From contig CAWJDZ010000004.1 of NCBI GenBank assembly GCA_963841765.1, positions 4,677 to 68,676 on the forward strand: 64,000 bases of DNA, written 5' to 3'. The stretch is from an uncultured Alphaproteobacteria bacterium. Its GTDB lineage: Bacteria; Pseudomonadota; Alphaproteobacteria; Rhizobiales; Aestuariivirgaceae. Below the pieces are notes generated by a model. It ran no database searches. It had not been told where the DNA came from and saw only the letters and a list, made by a program, of their open reading frames with translations. The position numbers and the translations under genes were made by a program. This document shows positions 1 through 8,452 of the stretch, in pieces (the stretch's first letter is position 1; every line of letters begins with the position of its first letter).

Positions 1-162
1 GACAATTTCGCCAGCAGTGCGGGCTATGGCGTCGCCTCGATGCTCGACTGGCGCGGCTTGCTGGTGATCGGCGTTCTCGTCGGGACCGGCGCGGTGATCG
101 CGCTCATGGCCATCGGCGAGGACCGGCGCGAGCGCCTGTGGGACAGGATTGTCGGCCTATGA
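1..162 (+). CDS. 3' end of a membrane protein, probably phage lysis-associated (holin or endolysin tail)
   Basis: Open frame from position 1 reads DNFASSAGYGVASMLDWRGLLVIGVLVGTGAVIALMAIGEDRRERLWDRIVGL*. It has one hydrophobic segment, and its TGA overlaps the next ATG (ATGA coupling). Confidence 0.5.
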   Translation, partial: DNFASSAGYGVASMLDWRGLLVIGVLVGTGAVIALMAIGEDRRERLWDRIVGL

Positions 163-512
163 TCGCAACCGCATGGCTCGCCGCCAAGGCCCTGCTCGGC
201 GGCTTCCCTTCGCGAGTCTGGCTGATGGCGGGCGCCGTCATCATCTTCGGCATCTGGACGTGGCAGGCCTATGACGCGGGCTACGACAAGGCCGACGGCC
301 TGTGGCGGGCCAGGGCCCTCGAAGCGAGGATCGCCAGGCTCGAGCTCGAGATCAGGGTCCAGACCCAAGCGGACGCGGCCGAGGAGCTGATGCGCGCCGA
401 GCTCGAGCGGGAAAATCAGCGGCAGAAGACGGTGATCGATGACTATCTGGCGGAGCTCGCCAGCCGTGCCGACAAGTGCCTGCTCGGGCCTGACGCCCGG
501 CGGCTGCAATAG
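159..512 (+). CDS. Phage inner-membrane spanin (Rz-like) candidate
   Basis: N-terminal TM helix (VWLMAGAVIIFGIWTW), then 'YDAGY', a long coiled coil and a C-terminal Cys. This layout is typical of i-spanins. Confidence 0.55.
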   Translation: MIATAWLAAKALLGGFPSRVWLMAGAVIIFGIWTWQAYDAGYDKADGLWRARALEARIARLELEIRVQTQADAAEELMRAELERENQRQKTVIDDYLAELASRADKCLLGPDARRLQ

Positions 513-533
513 GATGGTGCCGGATAGACGAAG
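296..533 (+). repeat. 238-bp imperfect direct repeat, copy 1 (3' part of the spanin-like gene)
   Basis: Colinear with 2973-3210 with scattered substitutions; both copies end in ctgcaataggatggtgccggatagacgaag. Confidence 0.95.
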
Positions 534-660
534 CGAGCAAGGACGGCGATTTGCGGATTTTGGCTACCCAGGTAGCCTGCGACAAGATCGGCCGTCCTCG
601 AGTTTGACTATTGGGCACTGGTGCCGCGGTGACCAGCGGTCTCTGAAAGGCTGGACGGGA

Positions 661-2519
661 ATGTGTGGGATCGTCGGGATTTTTTCGCGCAGGAAGCCGA
701 TCAAGCACGAAGTGCTCGCGCGGGCAACCGACCGCCTCCGGCATCGCGGCCCGGATGGAGAGGGCTTGTGGATTTCGCCCGACCGGCGGATCGGCCTTGG
801 TCACCGCCGTCTCAGCATCATCGATCTTGCGACCGGCGATCAACCGATCGCCAGCGAAGACTCTCACACACGTATCGTGGTCAATGGCGAGTTCTACGGT
901 TACGAGCCGATCCAACGCGAGCTCGAAGCGCGCGGTCACCGATTGCGCACGCTCTCGGATAGTGAGATTGCGCTGCATCTATATGAGGACTTGGGCGTTG
1001 AGTGCCTGCACCGGCTGCGCGGCGAGTTCGCCTTTGTGTTGTGGGACGAAAAAAGCCGCACCATCTTTGCCGCGCGCGATCGCTTTGGAATCAAACCGCT
1101 GTTCTATGCGTGGCATGACGAGACGCTCTATATTGCGTCTGAAGTGAAGGCACTCTTTGCCGCCGGGGTGCCGGCTCGGTGGGATGCCAAATCCTTCTAC
1201 CATGCCTTGACCTGCGAAGGCGGGCAAACGCGCACGCTATTTGCGGGCATTCTGCAAATTCCACCTGGCCACTATATGATCGCCACCGAGAAGCAGGTGC
1301 GGATCACCCAATATTGGGATTTCAACTTTCGTAGGGAGGGCCTTCACGCGCCGCAACGGTCGGATGAAGACTGGGCAGCGGAGTTTCGTAACGCGCTCGA
1401 TGAGGCGGTTCGCATTCGGCTGCGTGCCGATGTGCCGGTCGCCTGCTATCTCAGCGGCGGCATCAATTCATGCGCGGTGCTCGGACTGGCGGCGCGGCAT
1501 CAGCCTCGTCCCATTCACGCCTTCACCATTAGTTTTGACAATCCGCGATACGACGAAAAGCAGGTGGCTACGAAATGGCGGCCAAGGCGGGGGCCGAATT
1601 CGTTGCGATCCCCATCCGGCAGGACGATCTCGCGGATCATTTTACCGACGCCATCGAACAGGCCGAGACGTTCTGCCGCAATGCCCATGGCGTGGCCAAG
1701 TATATCCTGAGCCGGGTTGTGCGCGATGCCGGATTCAAGGTCGTCCTCACGGGAGAAGGTGCGGATGAGAACCTTGCCGGCTATCCCGATCATCGACGTG
1801 ATATGCGGCGTCCTGCTGGCATGGCCGCGGTGCTGAATGGCGCAGTAGCGCCGCTCGACACGGTCAGGAAGCGGCTTGGCTTCGCTCCCTACTGGATGGA
1901 ACTCCGTGCAGGTAATGCGCGCTATATGCAGAAATTCATGGCGAAGGAATTCGTGGAAAGATTTTCCCGCCTCGATTGTTACCGCACCTTGATCAGCGAG
2001 ATCGATGTGCCGGCCCAGCTTGCAGGGCGGCATCCGCTGAACCAGGCGCTCTATCTCGGTGCAAAGGTCAGGCTGCCGAGCTATATCCTCACCATGCTGA
2101 GCGATCGCATGGAAATGGCGCATTCGATCGAGGGCCGTCTGCCATTCCTCGATCATCATGTCGTCGAGATCATGAGCGCCCAGCCGGTGAGCCAGAAGAT
2201 ACGCGGCACGACTGAGAAATACGTGCTTCGCGAGGCAATGCGCGACGTCGTCAGCGATACCGTCTATCGCCGGCCCAAAAAAGCCTTTGTCACCCCTCCT
2301 GCCATGCAGCGGCGGCAGGAGAGATTGCACACGCTGATACAAGATATGCTCAGGGGGCCCGCTCTCGCCGCCATCCCTTATCTTGATCAGAGGCGGATCG
2401 TTGCTTTCCTCGACTGGCTTCCATCGCTCGATGACAAAAGCCGGAGCCGGTGCGATCTGGTGCTAATGAGGCTTGCGAGCGCCTGCATACTGCAGGAACG
2501 ATTTCGGCTAGCCTCATAG
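661..2519 (+). CDS. asnB: Asparagine synthetase B-like glutamine amidotransferase (one frameshift near 1572)
   Basis: MCGIVG N-terminal nucleophile Cys; HRGPD, GHRRLSIID, NGEFY, DRFGIKPL, SGGINS (PP-loop SGGxDS), TGEGADE, DRMEMAHSIEGRLPFLD. Two ORFs (439..1710 and 1575..2519) join by one indel. Confidence 0.92.
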
Positions 2520-2589
2520 GGCTGCCAATTGCCTTGCGCGTCTTACCCCTTCGAGCGTCTGCTGACAGCGGCTGTCGCTGGCTAATTCA

Positions 2590-2760
2590 TCATCCCTTAT
2601 CGGCGCAAACAGAATGCAAATCCGCCAGGCCGCTCGCTGAGGCGTCGCGGCCCTTGTCAGCGCAGATAGAGAAATCGGGGAGCATGCTCGCAGGGGCGCC
2701 ACATGCCTCGACCAGTTCCAGAAGGTTCGGGGTTTCGCTGGATTTCAACAGTTCTGCCAT
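2590..2760 (-). CDS. 56-aa putative RiPP precursor, copy 1 (leader plus 2 cores, no S74 domain)
   Basis: Manual translation: MAELLKSSETPNLLELVEACGAPASMLPDFSICADKGRDASASGLADLHSVCADKG*. GGAGGG RBS upstream. Not in the ORF track (under 60 aa). Confidence 0.8.
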   Translation of the reverse strand: MAELLKSSETPNLLELVEACGAPASMLPDFSICADKGRDASASGLADLHSVCADKG

Positions 2761-2972
2761 AGGTGTTCCCTCCCGCCAATGGTCGTCACCATAACATAGG
2801 CGGGCAGTGTTTCAATCATCCGGGTGAAAGGCGCACACCGGCATGCCTCGGAGTCGAAAATTTGTTCAGCTCCCAACTCTTTAATGCCTGTTATGCTTGG
2901 TAAGGTCACCTGAGTTAAGGTACTCGAAAGTGACGGGTATCTGTTTGACGATCGGTTTGCTTTTAGATGAGG

Positions 2973-3210
2973 CGGCCTGTGGCGGGTCAGAGCCCTCGAA
3001 GCGCGGATCGCCAGGCTCGAGCTCGAGATCAGGGTCCAGACCGAAGCGGACGCGGCCGAGGATCGGTTGCACGCCGAGCTCGAGCAGGAAAATCAGCGGC
3101 AGAAGACGGTGATCGATGACTATCTGGCCGAGCTCGCCAGCCGTGCCGACAAGTGCCTGCTCGGCCCTGACGCCCGGCGGCTGCAATAGGATGGTGCCGG
3201 ATAGACGAAG
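2973..3210 (+). repeat. 238-bp imperfect direct repeat, copy 2 (5'-truncated spanin-like gene remnant)
   Basis: Matches 296-533; lacks the TM-encoding 5' end; stop codon at 3187-3189. Confidence 0.95.
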
Positions 3211-3255
3211 ATAAGTTTGCCAGGATTGACGCTCAGCGCCAGCTCTGGACTATTC

Positions 3256-3270
3256 GTTCTCTTTGTGTTC
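3256..3270. promoter_or_regulatory. Alphaproteobacterial LexA (SOS) box
   Basis: GTTC-tctttgt-GTTC matches GTTC-N7-GTTC, downstream of a TTGACG -35-like hexamer and upstream of the ORF at 3346. Confidence 0.7.
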
Positions 3271-3345
3271 TAGTTCTGGAAACACGACCGTCCACACACC
3301 GAGGCATTCCTTGCCGGATCTGCCCAAGATCACGGAGCCTTTCTC

Positions 3346-3570
3346 ATGATCCGCCGTCCCCGCCGCCCGACGTTTCCGCAGTCTCTCGAGTCCGACTTTC
3401 TCACGGCCCTCGAGCGCGCCCGAGACCTGACGATCAGGTTCAAGAGCGCGCAGGAATTCGGCTCAGACGCGTACAGCAAGGGTGACGCATTGACGGAAGC
3501 CATCGACGGCATGGCCGAACTGCTGACCGGTGAGCGGACGCATTTCCATCTCAAGGCACATGGCCGTTAG
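3346..3570 (+). CDS. Small hypothetical protein, probably SOS-regulated
   Basis: 74-aa helical ORF with a GGAG RBS and an upstream LexA box. Confidence 0.7.
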   Translation: MIRRPRRPTFPQSLESDFLTALERARDLTIRFKSAQEFGSDAYSKGDALTEAIDGMAELLTGERTHFHLKAHGR

Positions 3571-3773
3571 CGTGGACATCCTTAGCGCCCTGCGGCTGCA
3601 GGAACCGGTGCCAATGACCCTTACCTGAGAGTCAGTGCCAAATCGGGGACCGGGTGTGTCCAAATCACCACAGTGCGCGAGAAAATTGCTGCCGGAAGCA
3701 CTCCTCCGTTGACCTCAAGCAAGCTTGGGCGCAATTTTTACAACCTGCGGGACGCATTCGGGTGGACAAGCAT

Positions 3774-4302
3774 ATGACAAGCCTGCTGAATTTCAACGGA
3801 ACTCCGAATCTTCTGGAGCTCGCCGAAGCCGGCGGAAAGGCCGGCGCTTCGGGCGGTCTGTCGGTCTGCGGCGACGAAATCCAGGGCCTCACGAAGGATC
3901 TGGTGGAAGTTTCGCTCTGCGGGGACGAAGGCGCCAATATCACCAGGCCGATCGACCTTTCGCTTTGTTCGGGTGAAGGCGTACAGTTCACCTATCGCCG
4001 TGCGCCGGGCGAGGCACCAGACGATCCAATCCGTTTGCGCCGATGAGGGACCGGCCGATCTATCCGTTTGCGCCGATGAGGTCGTGTCCGATGTTCGCCT
4101 CAAGACCGATATCGAGCAGGTGGGCACCACCGTCTACGGGCTTCCGCTCTACCGCTTCCGCTACAAGACCGGCGCGGAGCGCTTCGAAGGCGTGATGGCG
4201 CAGGATGTTCTTCGGGTGCGGCCCGATACAGTGACATTGGGCGAGGACGGCTATTACCGCGTGAACTACGCCGAGCTCGGGATCCGCATGAACAGGGCCT
4301 GA
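3774..4302 (+). CDS. Putative multi-core RiPP precursor, copy 2, with C-terminal peptidase S74/ICA domain (indels near 3990-4030)
   Basis: Leader MTSLLNFNGTPNLLELAEAG; cores LSVCGDE, VSLCGDEG, LSLCSGEG, SVCADEG, LSVCADE; then SDVRLKTDIEQVGTTVYGLPLYRFRY...GVMAQDV...DGYYRVNYAELG. Confidence 0.8.
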
Positions 4303-4346
4303 GCGGGCCCGCGCAAATTTTCGCGGTCGCAACGAAGGAAGAAACG

Positions 4347-4745
4347 ATGACAAGCCTGGTGAATTCCACCCCATTCCCGAACCTTCTGGACCTGGTCGAA
4401 GCCGGCGCCAAAAGCCGGCAGCTTCGGCGATCTGTCCATCTGCGGCAACGATCCGCAGTATCTGCCGCGGTCTGTCCGACCTCGCGCTCTGCGGCGACGA
4501 AGTGAACGAATGCCGACCTGACCGCTGCCGAAAACCTTCATTCCGTCTGCGCCGACGACGATCGTCCGACGTTCATCTCAAGACGAAGCAGGTCTGGACC
4601 ACGGTCTACGGGCTCTCGCTCTGCAGCGCGACAAAGGCGCGGACGCATCGAAGGCGTCTGCGCGGATGTGGTCGAGTGCCCGATGCTCGCCTCGAGAAGG
4701 CTGAGCCGCGTGAACTAGCGAGCCGGGATCCGGAGGCGACGCGGC
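4347..4745 (+). pseudogene. Putative precursor copy 3, heavily disrupted (decayed or badly sequenced)
   Basis: Leader MTSLVNSTPFPNLLDLVEAG; cores DLSICGND, DLALCGDE and LHSVCADD in shifting frames; degenerate S74 start SDVHLKT..TTVYGL with many deletions. Confidence 0.7.
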
Positions 4746-4762
4746 GGGCAAGAAGGAAGACC

Positions 4763-5256
4763 ATGACACACCTGTTCGATTTGAACGCAACCCCGAATCT
4801 TCTGGAACTGGTCGAAGCCGGCAAGCATCGCCCGGCACTGTTCTGCGATCTGTCCATCTGCAGGTGGGGAAGCCGCCTGCCCGGATGGGCCTTGCGGAAA
4901 GGCCGATCGAGCTTTCGCTCTGCGCGTGATGAAGGCGCCGGCAGTCCCCCCTCCTGATCGACCTTTCGCTTTGCGGGGATGAAGGTCCGCTCTCCCCCCT
5001 GACCGACCTTTCGCTCTGCGGGGATGAAGGCGCCGACATCTCGGACATTCGCCTCAAGGCGGACATCGAGCAGGTCGGCACCACCGTTTACGGGCTTGCA
5101 CTCTATCAGTTCCGCTACAAGACCGGCGCCGAGCGCTTCCAAGGCGTGATGGCGCAGGATGTTCTTCAGGTGATGCCGCATGCGGTAACATTGGGCGAGG
5201 ACGGTTATTACCGCGTGAAATACGCCGAGCTTGGGATCAGGATGGCGAGCGCCTGA
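4763..5256 (+). CDS. Putative multi-core RiPP precursor, copy 4, with C-terminal peptidase S74/ICA domain (indels near 4860-4950)
   Basis: Leader MTHLFDLNATPNLLELVEAG; cores DLSIC, ELSLC.DEG and DLSLCGDEG twice (45-bp spacing at 4960 and 5005); then SDIRLKADIEQVGTTVYGLALYQFRY...GVMAQDV...YAELGIRMASA*. AAGGAAGA RBS. Confidence 0.8.
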
Positions 5257-5267
5257 CCGGGCGAAGA

Positions 5268-5340
5268 AAATCCCGCCAAAGGCCTGCCCGGACCCGATAT
5301 CGAAACTGCGTGAGGATTCTAGAAATATTGATTTGGCGCA
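5268..5340 (+). repeat. Degenerate remnant of repeat family A
   Basis: aaatcccgccaaaggcctgccc...atattgatttggcgca matches parts of the element at 27323. Confidence 0.7.
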
Positions 5341-5395
5341 TAGCAAGCGTCCTCGCCAGGTGCTCGCCAGGCAGCCAGCGAGCACAGGATGGACG

Positions 5396-5617
5396 TCAGC
5401 CGGGCTTGTCCAGCTCGTCTAGTATCCGATCGAGGTGATCAAGGTGGAGACCCTGGGATTGCTCGAAAAGAGCCAAAAGAAATTTTGCCTCGGCGGTATC
5501 ACGGCCAGCGGCCTCACCCTTCGCAATGAGCACTTTCTGTCGGGCTATGTGACGCTCGCCTTCCTCGGCATGGCTTTTGGCCATTTCCAGGTGCCGATGG
5601 AGCATTTCGCGATCCAT
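5396..5617 (-). CDS. Small helical-hairpin hypothetical protein
   Basis: MDREMLHRHLEMAKSHAEEGERHIARQ...AEAKFLLALFEQSQ; similar to the ORFs at 13.2-14.2 kb. Confidence 0.75.
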   Translation of the reverse strand: MDREMLHRHLEMAKSHAEEGERHIARQKVLIAKGEAAGRDTAEAKFLLALFEQSQGLHLDHLDRILDELDKPG

Positions 5618-5873
5618 CGCTATCCATAGCACCTATCGGTCGGCCGAGGGGATTTATTAAAGGACAGGCAGCATGGCTGACCTCGATGTGACTACCGCGC
5701 CTTGTGAAGCGCCGCGCCGAACAAAAGCCCCGCGCAGTCGCCTGCGCGGAGCCTTTGGAGGATGTCCCATGCTTATGGACACGCCGATGAATGCTGCACG
5801 ACCGCCATTGGTTCCTGCCGCAGGATCGCCGCGCCGTACGAATTCGTACAGACCTCACTGAACGGGCGAGCCA

Positions 5874-5913
5874 AAAAAGAGTGCCCGCCACCCTGTGCGG
5901 GCGGCGGGCACTT
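5874..5913 (-). terminator. Rho-independent terminator of the DUF1236 gene
   Basis: agtgcccgcc...ggcgggcact hairpin followed on the minus strand by a T run (aaaaaa on +). Confidence 0.7.
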
Positions 5914-5930
5914 CGTGGACAGCAGGAAGA

Positions 5931-6248
5931 TTACTCGACGATCGCGACCACGCGCCTTCCATTGTCGACCAGATAGACGCGGTCGTTCAGATACACGTAT
6001 CTGTGGCCCTTGAGCGCGGGCGTGGCGACGATCACGTCATCGGGCACGTCGTAATATTCGACGTCTCCCGGCACCACGACGCCGACCTTCAGGTCACCGT
6101 CATACTTGTGTGATTTGTATTTCTTCACCTTCACATCGTTTTGGATCTTCACGCCGACTTCCGGCGCGATGACCAGATCGTCGGCCAGCGCCAGAGGCGC
6201 GCCCAGTGCCAACGATGTCGCCACAAAGAGAGAAGCCAAGATTCGCAT
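5931..6248 (-). CDS. Secreted DUF1236-family protein
   Basis: Signal peptide; VGVVVPGDVEYYDVP...YVYLNDRVYLVD..RRVVAIV motif; GGAGGA RBS. Confidence 0.85.
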   Translation of the reverse strand: MRILASLFVATSLALGAPLALADDLVIAPEVGVKIQNDVKVKKYKSHKYDGDLKVGVVVPGDVEYYDVPDDVIVATPALKGHRYVYLNDRVYLVDNGRRVVAIVE

Positions 6249-6282
6249 TGTTTATCCTCCTGGGATGTTCCCGGTGTCTGCA

Positions 6283-6307
6283 AATTCATGAAGGTCTCAT
6301 TTGTTCC
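6283..6307 (-). promoter_or_regulatory. EcfG/RpoE2-type general stress promoter
   Basis: GGAAC-N18-TT upstream of the DUF1236 gene. Confidence 0.5.
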
Positions 6308-6449
6308 TGTACGCTATCGCGCATCTCATTCGGGAGGCCGCGACCATGCCGGGATGGCTGCCGGCGCCCATAGGAAGAGTCCCGCCGGACTCTGGATCCG
6401 CTCTAGATCGAACCGATTGAGACAGAATTGCCACCAAACGCCGATACTC

Positions 6450-6632
6450 TCACGCCTCGTGCATGGCGATGGCGAGCAGCATTTGGTATCTTCGCTCTCC
6501 CCGGTTGGCAAATTCCACGACACGCGAGGCGATGGCTTCCCTGACGACCTGGTCGCAGCCGAGCTTCTCGCAGGCCTCATCGGTCACCTTGCTGACCATG
6601 TCGACCTCATCGGGCATGAGGGCGTTTGTCAT
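6450..6632 (-). CDS. Small hypothetical protein
   Basis: MTNALMPDEVDMVSKVTDEAC...REAIASRVVEFANRGER; pattern resembles common small rhizobial proteins; start uncertain. Confidence 0.65.
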   Translation of the reverse strand: MTNALMPDEVDMVSKVTDEACEKLGCDQVVREAIASRVVEFANRGERRYQMLLAIAMHEA

Positions 6633-6962
6633 GACTGGAGCACGCATGTGCCTTGTCTCCACCAATGACAGGCCCGCCAGCTTGACGACCTCTGAAGTAC
6701 AAACTCGCGAGCCTGGCGCCGTCCATTGCGACCGAGCATCGGACGGTTTCACGGCCGGCGCCTTAACCTAAGTCAATTCGACCGATCGAGACTGTGGGCT
6801 TTGCCTGCGGCCGCCGCCGGCTTCACCTATGTCAAGGCCGCTCCATCATTTCCGCCAGAGACTTGCAAGGCGGGGCAGCAGCGCCTCGGAGGAATTTATC
6901 GAGGCCGAAGCGCCGGACACCCGCAAGCCTGGACACGAAAGAGGCGAAAGAGCGGCATGGCG

Positions 6963-7400
6963 TCATTGCGGCAGACGGCCCTCAGGCGTCATCTTGTCCA
7001 CCACCTCGGGGAGGACCGCAGCGAGACGCGAAAGCAAGTCCGCGCGGCTCAAGCCAGTCTGTCTGACGAGACTGTCAATGACGTCGGGGCCCAACGCCGT
7101 TTCCACTTCCCTATCGTTGATTGGCTTGTTGGGGCCGGTTTCTACCCATGAATCTGCCGTCGCACCCTGGCCGTGCTGGCGGAAGCGATCAACGAGCTCA
7201 CCGACTCCACTATTGATATCGGCTCCGGTGGCGCTGCTCCCAAGCGACTTCCTCGCGGTTTCCAGAACCCCGCCGAGAGGGCTATTCGGATCCGCCGTTC
7301 CGAGATTTCTGACAAACTCGCCGATCTTGTCGCGATTTTGATAGCCGGCTATGGCGATCAAGCCCAGGAGGGCCGCAAGCGAAGGCATTCCTCTAGCCAT
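6963..7400 (-). CDS. YidB/DUF937 family protein
   Basis: GVGELVDRFRQHGQGATADSWVETGPNKPI...LPEVVDKMTPEGRLP signature. Confidence 0.9.
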   Translation of the reverse strand: MARGMPSLAALLGLIAIAGYQNRDKIGEFVRNLGTADPNSPLGGVLETARKSLGSSATGADINSGVGELVDRFRQHGQGATADSWVETGPNKPINDREVETALGPDVIDSLVRQTGLSRADLLSRLAAVLPEVVDKMTPEGRLPQ

Positions 7401-7430
7401 TATCCTCTCCTATTTTTCGTGGTAGTGGTG

Positions 7431-7455
7431 AACTGATTTGCCGCCGCCAAGTTCC
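7431..7455 (-). promoter_or_regulatory. EcfG/RpoE2-type general stress promoter
   Basis: GGAAC-N18-TT upstream of the YidB-family gene. Confidence 0.55.
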
Positions 7456-7507
7456 AGCATAAGCACTTCTGGATGCCAGGAGAGATTGCCTCACAGGGAG
7501 AACCATC

Positions 7508-7765
7508 ATGAGCATTATCTGGACAATCATTATCGGATTTCTCGCAGGGGTAATTGCCAAATTTCTGATGCCTGGTCCCAATGAACCGTCCGGGTTCATC
7601 TTGACGACGATCCTCGGCATCGTAGGTGCTTTCGTTGCCAGCTATCTCGGCCAGGCCATGGGAATCTACGGACCGGGCGAAGGTGCGGGCCTCATTGGCG
7701 CGGTTGTCGGAGCTGTGATCGTGCTCGCTGTATGGGCCATGATTGCGAAGAACAGGGCGGTTTGA
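7508..7765 (+). CDS. GlsB/YeaQ/YmgE family stress-response membrane protein
   Basis: MSIIWTIIIGFLAGVIAKFLMPG...TILGIVGAFVA...IGAVVGAVIVL; three TM helices. Confidence 0.92.
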   Translation: MSIIWTIIIGFLAGVIAKFLMPGPNEPSGFILTTILGIVGAFVASYLGQAMGIYGPGEGAGLIGAVVGAVIVLAVWAMIAKNRAV

Positions 7766-7861
7766 AGGAGATCGGCCGTGTGAGCAGTGTGCTCCATATG
7801 CCGAGTGGCTGCCCCAGACCATAAATCCGACGTCTTACAACCTAAGCCGCCCGCGGCCATC

Positions 7862-8260
7862 CTAAGCCGCCCGCGGCTCGCCTCCGTGATAGAGCTGCCA
7901 TAACCAGCGCCCCTGGCGCCTGACCAGGACCCCGGTCATTCGATAAGGTCCGCTCCGGTCGCTGGTCGACATCCGTGCATCGACGAGCGCCGAAAACCAG
8001 GCCGTGTCGCCATTGATCGAGGCGCGGCGGGATCGCCACGCAACCGAGAAGCTCGCGGGCCGCGCGAACATCTCGATGAAAAAGCTTCTGAGGGCGTCAG
8101 GTCCCCTCGCCTCCTCGCCGACCTCGGAGCCGATCAAGCGACAGTCCGGATCGCCCGAAAAGGCTGCCAGCGCGTCTTCAACCCGCTTTGCGGCGACCGC
8201 CTCCAGGAACCGGTCAACGGCGGCAAAAATCGCCTTCTCGTCGCTATCATCAGCCCACAT
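7862..8260 (-). CDS. SnoaL/NTF2-like protein
   Basis: IFAAVDRFLEAVAAK...IGSEVGEEARG...GDTAWF...RMTGVLVRRQGRWLWQLYH. Confidence 0.8.
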   Translation of the reverse strand: MWADDSDEKAIFAAVDRFLEAVAAKRVEDALAAFSGDPDCRLIGSEVGEEARGPDALRSFFIEMFARPASFSVAWRSRRASINGDTAWFSALVDARMSTSDRSGPYRMTGVLVRRQGRWLWQLYHGGEPRAA

Positions 8261-8452
8261 CCCGGTTCCCTTCGGATTCGACCGGCCGAAATATTACGCT
8301 TGGTCGCCGCCGCAAGCAATTTGCGCAAAGCCGAATAACCCTCGGGGCGAGGCCGCAAAGCACGAGCCCAAGCTCACGGGAGGCGGCACAGGAATGGCTG
8401 GCGGGATTTGCTCCAGCGCAACAGCCCAATCAACGTCAGAGAAAGGTGATCG

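Noticed and set aside
661-2519. AsnB read as a canonical lasso cyclase
   Set aside because: It keeps the Cys1 glutaminase domain, and there is no RRE or transglutaminase-like leader peptidase nearby. The precursors are multi-core and lack the lasso leader motif. Lactam chemistry itself is not excluded.
3860-5035. Recurring 'gacctttcgctctgcggggatgaagg'-like motif considered as a CRISPR array
   Set aside because: Copies vary mostly at synonymous positions, spacers are short and irregular, they lie inside ORFs, and no cas genes are present. They are coding repeats.
3774-5256. S74 genes read as ordinary phage tail-fibre remnants
   Set aside because: Each has its own RBS, start codon and shared leader, and the same leader and cores occur in a copy without S74. 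No fibre body is present.
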